A stretch of 64,000 nucleotides of DNA from Perkinsus chesapeaki ATCC PRA-425 (lineage: Eukaryota; Protista; Perkinsozoa), in the NCBI GenBank assembly GCA_013115145.1, contig JAAPAO010000088.1:1-64000 (forward strand), given 5' to 3'. The position numbers were made by a program, and so were the translations under genes. Position 1 is the first letter of the stretch. Every line of letters starts with the position of its first letter. Positions 47,201-59,900 of the stretch are shown one piece after another. Under the pieces are notes generated by a model. It searched no databases and was not told where the DNA came from. It saw only the letters and a list, made by a program, of their open reading frames with translations.

Positions 47201-48752
47201 CAACTACTCAAAGGTAGTGAGAAGTATCCCGCTCATCGATTAGCTGAGCACGGATGGGCAGGATGTGTTTTATTATACTTGTATAGGCATTATATGCACT
47301 AAGTGTATGATACCTATTCAGTGTTATGTTTGTATAACCATTAACGAGCTGCAAGCCCCCATTCGTGGTCGCTGCTACAGGCCAGGGTTCGATTGAGCAG
47401 CTTGATTAAACCCTCATCGGCTAGTTCCTTTCCTTACGGCAGCGTGTTCGTCGATTGTTATTAATTCTTGAGAGATATAATAGAAACCTGAAAAAACGTA
47501 GGAAATTATGATATTGATTTATATTACTTCTCAGAATTATATTGTATTGGAAATTTCTGATAAGTTCGTCGCCTTCGTCTGGAAGTTTAGATCCTAAATA
47601 GAGGCTTGCATGTTCAACGTCCAACACTATTTTACTGTGCAAGCATATCGAACCAGTGAATATAACGTATCATTGAGGGCCTCCATCTTCCTTGTTGTTC
47701 AGGGAGGTCGCCATAAGGACTCTCGTAATCGCTCCTCATCGTCCCCATGTGCATTTGGTTTCCTTCGTCGACGCCATCAAGCCCCGCCAGTGAGACGATG
47801 TAGACCGGATAGTGCTGTAGATGATGGGGTGGAAGGCAAGGATGGAATAGAACCAAGAGGTGGCCACCGACGAGCCAGGGACTTTATTAAAATGTTGCTG
47901 TTGGCTGTTGCTGCTGTTATCGCTGTAAGTGGGAGGGGGGCAAGGCGATTGAATGGCCAGAGCGGGAGTAGGGAAAAGTTTGGTACTGGCTGGTTGCGTG
48001 CGATATATTTTATCATGTACTTTATATATTATAATAATTCATGAATTTAAAATACTGCATTTATACTACAAGTTCGGATATATTGTGTGTAAGATTGAAC
48101 CGTTTCAGATTCTGAAACGGTCGATCGATTTGTTGTGATTATCAGTATATCCGTTCATGGGTTTTTGGAAGGCGTAAAAATAGTATTTAGCAGGCGATAA
48201 TCCAATAATCATGTTATTGGTATATTTATTACTAAGCACATTGTGGAACTTATAATAGTGTTAGTAGTATATAGTTGTGATCAGTCTAAGTTAAATCGGG
48301 TTTACATTATACGAATGAATATTTCCCCCACCCATTTGTAGTAGGTGTCCTACCTATCATGTGAAATGCAACAACTGAAATGCCATATAGAATGCACCAA
48401 ATCGCGCTTGTCTGGTGATACTCAGTTTAGTTCTTTCCTCTATTATAATTTCTCAATCTTCCACTATGACAGGTTCTGATTATTCAACGGAACGTCGAGT
48501 CCCTTATGCCAATAACGCCTGGATGAGTCATATGTTATAATGGAACACTGTCTACTGTACGTATCACCAACGTATCTTAGGTTGAACTGCGCACCCGAAA
48601 GATTTCTGAAATCTAACATTGTATTATTGCATTGGCCATCTCATTTCGCTTGGGCTGCGGCCGGTATTTATTTTATTGCGCGCCTCGAGTTTGAGTGTCT
48701 CAATTTTTCACTGGTTGGTTGTAGTTGCACTAACGTTGACTGCACTTGACTA

Positions 48753-51700
48753 ATGACAACACGATCGAGGGTGGCTGCCAAGTCAAAGCCAAAACCAGAT
48801 ACTGTAGAGGGTCTGACGGAGGAGGATGAGATACTACAGGGACTGGCATTACATGAAGATGAGGAGGAGGAAGAGGAGGAAGAAGAAGTGGTAATAGAGG
48901 GATTTGGATGGGTGGCGGCAGCATTGTATAGTTCACGTTAACAGTTATTACGTTATCATTTACGTTATTAGTTGTATGCATTTTGTTCGGGTTTATATTT
49001 ATGCTGATATAGGCAGTACTATCATCGGCAAGGATACAATGTAGAGGTGGCGACTTGATAATAATAATCTTATATAAATTCACATCTATACGGTCTATGT
49101 ACAATTCCTTATACGTATGTATACATTATAGCACTTCACTGGTTGGAAGAAAATCGAAAGAGTCGCGTAGACGACCTCTAATGAATCTGCTCCATTGTTC
49201 CCGTCAGCCTCCTCAAACTCGAGCAACTGATCTAAGCACACCGGGTCACGTGAAGGAGTCTTTCTTCGGTATTTCGTATAGGGCGGGATATATTAACTAT
49301 AATATCCATTAATGTGTATAATTACTGGTAGCTAAGGAACGTATGACTAAGTTATATCAGTAGATATTATATATAGAAAGTAAGCTCTGATAACTTGCTC
49401 GATCTGTTTCATCGAGTCGAAACAATATTAATATTATTGTGGGATTTGATACTTCACTCGAAAGCCCTCCCCTGTTATCAGTTGGGTCCCCGTAGACTTT
49501 CTCAGAAATTGGTGTTAATTGGTATGTTTCACGTTTGGTTGTCATTCTTACTGTAGACAAGAATGCTGTATATAGAAGTAGCTAGGCTATAGAGTGCACG
49601 CTTGACAATGGATACGCTGAAGCGGACAGTTTGCGGTATTTAGGATGATACCGTTATGGGGGAGATTGTCGAGGAGGAGGAGCAGGAGCGGGAAGAGGTT
49701 GCTGCGCCAGAGGAGGTAGAGGGTGGAGGCAGCTTCCCTGTAGCGGTGGAGGAGGACCAACAACAGGAGGACGTAAGGGAAGCATGCGGGGGTTGTAGTT
49801 TCAACTTGAGCTTGACTTCTATGCTATGAGAAGCTTCGGAATGTTGGTCGCAGCTTGTTGGATAGAAAACTTTTGGAGGGAAAATGCGCGAAATTGTCGT
49901 GTCGTATGGGAAGTAAAATGTTTTGTTATGTGATTGGTGTTTTTAGAGTAATGGATCGGAAGTTGTTTTGGAGGAGAGTCCGGAGATCGACGCCTCGCGT
50001 ACTGGGGAGGCGGGGGACCCGGTAGAGGTGGATGGAGGAGAGACGAGGGAAGAAGAAACCGGAGCTGATGTTGAGTTGGATGAAGAGGAGCAGCAAGAGG
50101 AAGTAATCGAAAGGTCCCTGGTTCGAATCCCGGAGAGGGTATTTTAGGTTGACTATGGAACTGACGTGGTAATGGAGAGCACGGAGGTGTCTGTTAAAGA
50201 GACGCCTGAAAAGGAGGAGAACCCGGAGGTGGAGGCAGAATGTGAAAAACCGAAACCGAAAGTAGGCGGAGCGAAGCGCTATTTTCTCGGTGTTGAAGGA
50301 GTATAATAATTGAAAAATCAAATGATAATAAAATAATCAATTCTGGAATTAGTCGCTAAACATCTAAGATGGTATGGGATCATCGTCACGCGCCATGAAA
50401 TTATTTCAGGGTTTCGTGGAGGAGGAAGACTGCGAAGCTGTAGAGGATGATGACGCTATCGAAACGGTGTGCGAATTTGGGCCGGCCGATTCGACCTTGG
50501 ATACCACATTCGATAGAACAGGAGGGATCATCAGCAGTTATTCTACAGAGGGGTTTCAATATCTCTTAAGTGGTGTGAGAGCTAATGTTGGTGCTAAACC
50601 AGGCAGCAAGAATATATTTGTATTTGAGGTGAGATAGGATGATGATTAGAGGAAGGAGCGGTATGATAATGTTAGGTGAGGATTGTGGAGATGCTTACAC
50701 CGTTGGATGCGCCGAGCTCAAGCCATGCTCATTTGCCTGCTAAAAAGTAAGGATAGGGCGAGCTAACTCTGCAGTACCCGGAGTATCTTCAACGGTTATC
50801 TTCTCTGGACATTCCCCAGTTGAATCATAAGCTTTCCAGTCGAGCCTAAAATTATCAACGACTCTTTCGGTAAAGGATTCTGCTATACAAAGATGTGCAG
50901 GGCAGCTGCGGCTCATGCGTGGACTAAAAGTCCTTGAACAATACCTTGCAACCTGAGTTACGTTTGAGCTCGAGAAGCACACAACTTGACCGTCTTGGCT
51001 CGCGCGGGGTCATTATGGAGGTCAGGTGGTGAACCCCAGATAACCGCTGACGACAAAAGCTTGAAAATTGACCGGAATTTTATATCAAAAATGTTACCTC
51101 CTCGCCACTAGGGCGCACTGTCGTGTGCTGTTTTGAAACTGTGCAGGCACACGTTGAACAGCGGTAAGCTCGGCCGAGTCCCTCTCTCTGCGAAGTGGTA
51201 GAAAATACGCTCTTTAGTGTTGAGAAATTACCGGGATTCCGCGAAAAACATTTTTTCCTTGCGGACGTATGAGCTCATTCGCTTCTTATTCCGTGCACTA
51301 TGCAGGCACACTTTGAGGGTGGGGTTTGGTACTCTGGCTGCTGGGGTGTTGTTGGGGGCACATGAACAGACGATAAGTTTTGATTGTGATGGTGGAATTT
51401 GGGAAGGAAAACGTCGACAGAACCACGGTGGAACGAGATTTGGTAGGCGGAGCGAAGCGATTCAGGAATAGCGGATTTGGATTGGTGGATGATGATGATT
51501 GTTAGGTTTGAATGAAACTGTGGCTGTGGTATTGAACTTGGATGAGAATGCGGAGCATGGTAACACAATATCATTATTTAAAAATGGTGTAAGAGCATGT
51601 GAACCGGTGAAGTTAAATAATAATATAATTGGGAAAGAACTTTATCCGACAATAACATTTAAGAATATTAGAATTCAAGCTAATCTTGGATATAATAAAG

Positions 51701-54700
51701 ATGATAATAGAATAAATGACATCAGCCCATTTGGTGGATTATTACTTTCATTACCATTTAAGATAAGATCATTCCAACAAAGTAGTAAAAATGATATTTC
51801 TATGAATCCGCGGTATATAAATAATAATAATAAACCAGCTGAAGCTGTTATGGTTATTGGTTTACCGGATGAAGGGGTATTTGATTATGTTGATTATATT
51901 ATTAAACAGAATCCATATAAATATGTTGAACTATCAGAAAGGACTATGTTCGATTGGTAACATCACCACCACCACCATCGAACAATCTTCGGCGCCACTT
52001 CTTCAATAGGTTGAAAAAATCCGGATTAAAAACCCTTCGGAGGACCGGATTAGGCTCGAACGATCGTCCAGCCCACCAATATGGTGTAAAGCCTCTAGAT
52101 GTCCACACGGGAATGATCAGGCAGCTTCGAAGGTTCTTGGATAATGCTCAGCACGAGAGATCTGTGGTAGGTTGGGGAAGGAGGGAACGGTACTAGCGTA
52201 CTTGGCATACACCTACTGCGAGTGATGTATAAATTCAAGATATACTGGCCTATTTAGCGGTGGCTTTCACATGACTGTGATACATTTCAAAATTAGTGTT
52301 TCCATTCGTCGAAATGCAACAGTTATGGCAAAATACCTGATTTGTATAACAGTTTAGGTCGCACTGTATACCTAGTCTTTGGGGCATTAGTAATGGCGCG
52401 AAAATTTAATTTTTAATTTTTGATGTGACTCGTTACGAAAATTGCAGTTGAAGAATCTTGGATAGGTAACACGGTGCTTGGTAGAAAGTTACGTGGTGGG
52501 GGTTTTCGCATCAAAAGAAAATTGTCTCGAGAGAAATCTTCCTGGGGATAATTGAGGACGTAATTGAAATGTATTAAGATGAAGCGTGCGCTGAAGCCGA
52601 GGATTTTTTGTTATACTTTTCCCTGTGCCTTCCCGCTTTGGCCTGCTGTTACCCTTTTCGTTCAGTTGCATGTTGAAATTGAACGAGGGCTCTCGGCAAC
52701 CGAGAGGAAGAAGCTCATGTCGGATTACACCACAAAGAAACGTAAGAAAGGGTCAGTTGGTGGATTTGGAAAGTGCTGGTGTGTCAGGCGTGGCGGTGGT
52801 ATGCGTTGGGCGACCAGATGAGGGTTATCTGGACTACACTAGAGGGTTGGTGAGGGCTGATTTGGAGAGGAAGAAAGGAACGAAGGCTAGGGCGGAATAT
52901 AAGAAGAAGCTTACTGAGTTTAATAAGAAAAAGGCGGAGAGAGAGGCACAGAAGAAGCGTAAAAATATAGGCTACTTGCCGAGTGTGTTTTTCTCCTTTA
53001 ACTGCATCACTTGTTTTTCCTATCTTTTATGTGTGTTTGTACTCTTTGGCTTATTTATTTAATTTGCCTTGTTCATCATACTGTATATTCCTAAAGTGTC
53101 ATTGGTTCTGTGTAGGTGAGTCTCTAATGGAAGCAGCTGCTAAAGCTCGTAAGGATGCAGCTGAGGAAGCAAGGCAGAAGAGGCAGGAGGCAGCGGCGAG
53201 GGCAGCAGCTGCTAAGAAGGCAGCGGAGGCTCGGACTTCGGGAGCAGGAACTGGAGACACAGTGAGCCCGGTGAGATTATTGACGAGATCGATATTCCAT
53301 TATAGTATTGGTAAATAATGTGGGCCAAGACCTCTCCCACTGTTACACCCACCGCTATCCGGACGGCGTTTCGCTGGCTCGAAATAATGTCCAAGTCCGA
53401 TAGACATTTGTTAGTTAACATACTGTGATTATTGGAAAGGTTAATGGTAGTGTTTTTAGACTGCTGGAGGTAGCGGCCATAGCGTTGGTGGTGCGGAGAT
53501 GGGCGCTGATGGTGGGGAAGAAGCTAGTGGAGAGAAGAAAGAGGAGGAGGAGCGTCAGCCGCAGATGCCTGACGTAGAGGTTACTGTGGAGGAGATAACA
53601 GCTAAGATGTAATAGGAGGGGAACGTTGGGACTGGAACCAAACCCATCAAGTGCTGAGATATCTGTCGGCAGACTTAATTTAAGCTGACTTTAGCCTAAG
53701 AACAGTCTTCAACGGGTGAGAGATGTGAAGATCTCCAGCTCGACGGAACTATCCTCCTCCGCCGGCGACATACTAGCCAAACCCGTTCGAGTATCACTTA
53801 CTTCAGCGTCATTCACTGCTCATCATGATCATCGTGTACATGTAGCTCTTCAAGGATGCTACCAATCTTGGAATGCACAAGACAGAAAATTTTCATCGTT
53901 TTTTCGTACGACTCTCCGCTGGAGGGCAGTGTTGAGAAAAGCAGGTTTTTGCTTTTAGGTCGGGCAATGGTCGTTTCCGGCAGCTCTCTCTGCCTGACAT
54001 GACCCACGATGCGGTATCATCGTCGTATCTGCGATTTTCGCTGCCGTCACCAACGGATGAATTAAAGCCTGGAATACCGGTATTTAACGAAATTAGATTT
54101 GTGTGGGATGAGGAGGAGGAAGCTAGAAGGTGGGGGGGGTCTGAGGGGTCAAGAGTAGCGGGAGAAACGGTATGAGATTTCACACAGTGAGAGCGTAAAA
54201 TTTTCGACCTCTCTGTGGTGCGACCGACTGCGGTTTGAGCATGCAGTGGAAAATCTTACACAGTTTTCGTATCCGAATGAGTGTCGATTTGGGGGGATCA
54301 GAATGACGTAAAAGCGGCAGGTTTCTCTGTGGAAATTTTTCGGAGGTGAGAATGGCTGGAGCTAGATGATGACATTATTATTGAACTGCCAACACGCTCC
54401 AATTTGATCGAGAAGTACTATTTCTAAGTTTCTCGGTTATTTGGTAGTTACGCCATAACCATTGGTTTGTTGGAGTTGGGGAACTCAGTTTGAAACTGTC
54501 ATAGAAAAAATTAAACCAACGGGGGGTGCAGGAGTTCGCGGGGTATCCATTTCCGAAAAGTTGGTGGTGTGGGGGACATGGTGATTGTGTGTTAGGTATC
54601 TGTCGGATTGGATTCGCAAGCATAAGATAGTGGAAAAAGTGGCGTCGATAAAGGGGCCCAGTGAATGGTTCACCAAGCAGTTTGAGTCCTGGGCCCAGGC

Positions 54701-56553
54701 TAAGGTGGAATGGAGGAAGCTAGATAGGATGTATAGGGACAAGAAGGGGAGCGAGGATAAAAAGGGTAAGAAATGCCGCAGGGGGGAATCGAACCTGGGT
54801 TCGATAGGTGGGGAAGAGCAGAGCACAGAGGAGGAGGATGTCTGGGCTGCCGAGGACATTGATAATGTCGATGGCGAGCAGACGCCGCTGTACGGTCGAT
54901 TCGAGGCTGTTGACTGGAATCTGCTGGGCACGCGGTTTGAGCTGCACTTGCTGTGTCACTCGTTCAAGAAGGACTGCTCTGATGAGGATATTACCGGAAT
55001 TCATCGGAGCCTGTTGGAGTACTATTATCATCTTTACTTCAAGAAATCTTTAGTGCCGGGACTATGCGGAGCGAAGAGCATAAATGAGTTGCTGGATCGG
55101 CTGGTAACTGACACTATTATGGTTGGAGTTGATGGGGTACTGGCTGCTGTCCACGAAGTCGATACGCCATTCTCGACCTTTGTGAGGTTGACGGAGGCGG
55201 CCAGGAGAGAACGGCAGAAGTTGATAGAAGCAGGGGATAAGTCGGTTGTGTTGGTTGTGAAGGAGCCGGTTGAAAATCATCATCACCATCATCATGATGA
55301 GCGGAGCGAAGCTAAGAGCAATTCGGTGCGAAGGCGGCCGTCTGGTGGATCCAGGAGAGGACCATCGGATGGACGTTGGAGGAGCACAGTGCCGCGTGGA
55401 GGGAAGGGTATGGGAGGAGGAGGAGGACCAAGGCGAAGCGACAGCTCAGGTGGGAAAGGGAAATTGTGTCGGGGAAGTATTTTACCTTTATATATTTTGT
55501 GGCGCGCAGTTTTTATCTTGTCAGTTTCCCTGCGTCCCGCTCCTACAGCTCCTCCACCCCAGGCATCAGCTATGCCGTATCGACAAGCCCCTCCTATGCA
55601 GACAGTTCGCCGGCCACGTTCTCCCCCTCCCCCTCGAGGCCCACCACAACATGTCTCGCATGCCCCTACAAGAATAGACCATCGGCCAGCGGTGCCGCCA
55701 CAGTTTAGTGGTCCACCGGGCCAACCGAGAGTTATCGCTTATAATAGATTCTCGGCGAGTGCGAAGGCTATGCCGAGCCAGCAACAGCAGCAGATTATGA
55801 GACCACAATATGGGACTAATCAGTATAATAGCGGGTAGCACCGCACTGGGGAGATTCTTAAGGATTCACTGTATCTGCGCACTGTGAAGATTTTCAGGAT
55901 TCACTATATCTGCGCACTGTCAAGATTCTTGAGGATTTACTGTATCTGCGCACTGTGAAGATTCTTGAGGATTTACTATATCTGCGCACTGTGAAGATTT
56001 TCAGGATTTACTGTATCTGCGCACTGTGAAGATTCTTGAGGATTTACTATATCTGCGCACTGTGAAGATTTTTGTGTACAGGTACAAGCGTGCGTATCCA
56101 AGCGCATCTTCTTCCACTCTCCCTCCTCCAGCAGCAGCAGCTTCGGGCCAACAGCAATACTATGTTTCCAACGAGAGCCCGAATAAACGCTATAGAGGCT
56201 ATGGGGAAGGAGGAGGAGGAGGGAAAGGAGGGGCATCATGGGAGCAACCTAGAGGTAGACATGGGCTATCGTCACTGCGCCACGAAATTATTACCTCGGC
56301 AGGGTTTTATTTCGGAGTGCCGGTGGCTGTACAGTGTACATGCATTGTTTTGTGAGATCTTCCAAATTCGTAATTTCCTGTCAAATTTTTCCTAGTGTGA
56401 ATCTCGGCGGTTTGACGACCGTCACGCACTTTTCGAGCTTGTTTTCTCCCAACAGGTGGTCCGAGCAATACCGGCAACCCAGGTTACCATTATCGACGCT
56501 TCTCTGGAGGACCTCCTCCCCCGGCAGCAGCTGCCCAGCCTCGACGGTATTAG
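48753..56553 (+). CDS. hnRNP-U-like protein (acidic N-terminus, SPRY-like domain, C-terminal helical domain, Pro/Gly-rich tail), paralog C
   Basis: FQYLLSGVRANVG..FEV, VAVVLNLD..NTISLFKNGVR, VIGLPDEGVFDY..YVELSERT, GSNDRP, EDIDNVDGEQTPLYGRFEAVDWNLL.RFELHLL, FVRLTEAARRERQKLIEAGD. Family assignment is from memory of myzozoan hnRNP-U-like proteins. Confidence 0.75.
55847..56072. repeat. 34-36-bp minisatellite, ~7 units, intronic in paralog C
   Basis: (G/A)TATCTGCGCACTGTGAAGATT(CTTG/TTC)AGGATT(T/C)ACT. Confidence 0.93.
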
Positions 56554-56909
56554 TTGTGATAGAGTTAATAGTATAGACAGTGGTATGTAAGACGTTTTAT
56601 GCACACAAAGGAGGAGACAGTTTGTGTTAAGGACGGGCAGGGCGGCGGGGTCATGTGTGCAGTGGTGGCTCGGGAAATGGCGATGACTGTCGGTTGCCTC
56701 CCTCAGTGGAGGTCTACACTGGTCAGGTGGCGTGAGAATATATACTCTGGGGGAGGAGACGAAGAGGGAAATTTCACGGGGTTTCCTTTCCTGGGCAACA
56801 AGGGTGGATTCTAGTACGGTTCTTCGGGGAGTGGAGGGTCAGGGAAAGTTATTTACTGCTCAAGGCTCCCATCAGTCAATTGTCCACCTACACCTTTCAT
56901 CCCATTTCA

Positions 56910-59900
56910 ATGGAGACCGCCACGGACATAGGTGAAGTAAAGCTGCTGCCAACGCCGCCAGTGGAAGGTCAGACGACCGAGGTGGTGAGTTGGTGATGGG
57001 GAGAGGGGGGATAAGATGGTGGTCAGGCTGCTCAGGCAGCTGGTAGTAATAAGGACGTTGAGATGGCCGATGCTGCTGGAAGCGACAAGCCGACTGAGAA
57101 GGCGGTAGAGGAACCGGTAGGCTGGGTTGGCCAGGGGGCGCGGGTAAATGTGTTTAAGATGATAATATAAAAGGCGATGGGATTGATAAGAAGTGGATGT
57201 GCTGAGGACATTAAAGTACCGTTCTTTGGGCATCTTCTGCATTATCCACCCCATGAACACTGGATTAAGGACATTCCACGTAGTGCACTTGGTGAGGTAG
57301 AAATCCTCTTATGGCCAAAAAGGCTACACTCGTCGAGCGTCGAACAAAATGTAGTGTGTAGATTGCCAGTTGTTAATTGTGATATAAGTGCTTGAGCATC
57401 TGTCGACTCCACCGACCTGGTTCTGTCTGTAGGTGTTCCAGGAGGAGTCTGATTGCGCGGAGGACAAGAGTGCGAGAGTGAATGTGAAGTGCGAATTTGG
57501 CACTTTTGACTCGACCTTGGATACCTATTTCGATGAGACCAACGGCGTCATCAGCAGTTATTCTACAGAGGGGTTCCAATATCTGTTAAGTGGTGTGAGA
57601 GCTAATGTTGGTGCTAAACCAGGCAGTAAGAATATATTTGTATTTGAGGTGAGATAGGATGATGATTAGAGGAAGGAGCGGTATGATAATGTTAGGTGAG
57701 GATTGTGGAGATGTTGTCGGTATTGGATTCCCCTTGCAATGCTCAAGCTCAGCTGCCTCCGCATAGGTAAGACCACAGGGGCACTGAGGATTTAAGGGAT
57801 GGCGCTTCGTTGAAGGAGCGCCGACGAAGGGGATAGAAACGTGGAGAGGCTTGGGTTGTGCGAGAATGAACAAAGGTCCGCCAGGGGCATGGGTATCTTG
57901 GCAGCATCGGAAAACGGTCAAGAGGGGCGTAACGCACGTACCGACGAGACACCTGAGGAAGGTCGGACGCTTCGGCTTGGCGATACACGGTCGGTGGTTA
58001 AGCGGAGGAATTTTTTCATCTAGAGACCGAGAAGAGTCCTTGGCGCATTAAACTGTAGGCTGTGAGATTTGACTTATATCGTAACACATGACAAATATTA
58101 ATGTGTGGTTGTTGTGTTACTGTCTCTGCAGCTTCTTGGCTGTCTCCCCTGCTGCTTTATCTGGAGCCCATTGAGGTGGCTGAGATGGTAAGGAAAAGTA
58201 CGGGGAAGGAAAATGCATCATAATTTTCATTCGTGCGAGGGCACCCCCGGTTGAGCTTTCTGCCTGAGCCACACTAGCACCCACCACGGGCACGATACCA
58301 GGGGAACGCGCCACTATAGAAGCCGAACGGTCACGACACAAAACAAGGAGAGGAAGCAAACGCCATAGCAGGCAGAAACTCGGCTGGGGATGGAGGCCAC
58401 TGAAGATCGGAGCGCTAGACAGATTCGATGAAAATTAATATATAAAGTCTGTTAGTAGAGATGATTAATGTAGAGGAGGGAGATAGTTTATATATATTAT
58501 TTTGAATAGGAATGAACTGCTGGATGTGGCTCTATTCATCATTGCTCAGGCATGTGATGAGAGTTGGCTTCACTACCCTCGACGGTGGTCTGCTATTGGG
58601 GGACTCCGAATTGGGGGTTGGTTTTGATGCTGGTTTGGATAACAGGATGTATGCCCCAGGGACACCAGGTGGGAATCTTGCAATCTTGATAAATCTTGCA
58701 CTTTCTCAATGTGTTCAGCGGCCCCTAGTATAATAATGGGAACTAATGTTGCACCGAATGCTCCCACTGCAGCTTTTGGTGAGTCTTGAAGAAATGCGGG
58801 CGGTGGGGATCGAACCTGCGTGGTCCTGCAGGTCTCAATGACGTGGTGGCTGTGGTATTAAACTTGAATGAGAATGCGGAGCATGGTAACACAATATCAT
58901 TATTTAAAAATGGTATAAGAGCATGTGAACCGGTGAAGTTAAATAATAATATAATTGGGAAAGAACTTTATCCGACAATAACATTTAAGAATATTAGAAT
59001 ACAAGCTAATCTTGGATATAATAAAGATGATAATAGAATAAATGACATCAGCCCATTTGGTGGATTATTACTTTCATTACCATTTAAGATAAGATCATTC
59101 CAACAAAGTAGTAAAAATGATATTTCTATGAATCCGCGGTATATAAATAATAATAATAAACCAGCTGAAGCTGTTATGGTTATTGGTTTACCGGATGAAG
59201 GGGTATTTGATTATGTTGATTATATTATTAAACAGAATCCATATAAATATGTTGAACTATCAGAAAGGACTATGTTCGATTGGTAACATCACCACCACCA
59301 CCATCGAACAATCTTCGGCGCCACTAACTTCTGTTCAGGTTCAAAGCCTCGGCTCTCCGCCCTATCAGACGGGGCCCGGTGGCGTCCAACGACAGGCCGG
59401 ACTTTCTTTTTGGTATTCAACCGATGGACGAAGGCTTCGTTCGCCAGCAGCTGAGGGAGTTTGCGAAAATGCCTCACGGGAAGAAAAACTTGGTAGGCGG
59501 AGCGAAGCGGCTGGTTGCATAGGTTATGGTAGGTTATGGTGGAGATACGAGGAGGGTTGTTGGAGGAGGAAAGAGATAAGATAGTGGAACAGTTCCCAAA
59601 TAGAGAACGTAAGCTACCTGAGGGTGTTGGGTATGTTACGCTAATCGGGATAGAGGGGGGATAGAAAGTAGGAGCAATGGGAACTCGATGGATGGTCCCC
59701 GAGTGGGTTTGTTATCTTCAAGGGCAATTCCTATAGGATTACTATATAATAACCGTCAAAGCATCATACTGATTACCGCAATTCCTATATACATTCTTGG
59801 CGATGCACTACTGAAGTGAATGGAAGTGAGCCTTATAGTGAAGCTTCCTCTTTATAAAGGGAGATGGAGCGTCTGGTAAGGTTGTTATTGATTTTAGGCA

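Noticed and set aside
54585-55838. 417-aa ORF as a single-exon gene
   Set aside because: It is the 3' part of hnRNP-U-like paralog C read through stop-free introns (e.g. the 42-nt 54766-54807); alignment to paralog D shows the inserts.
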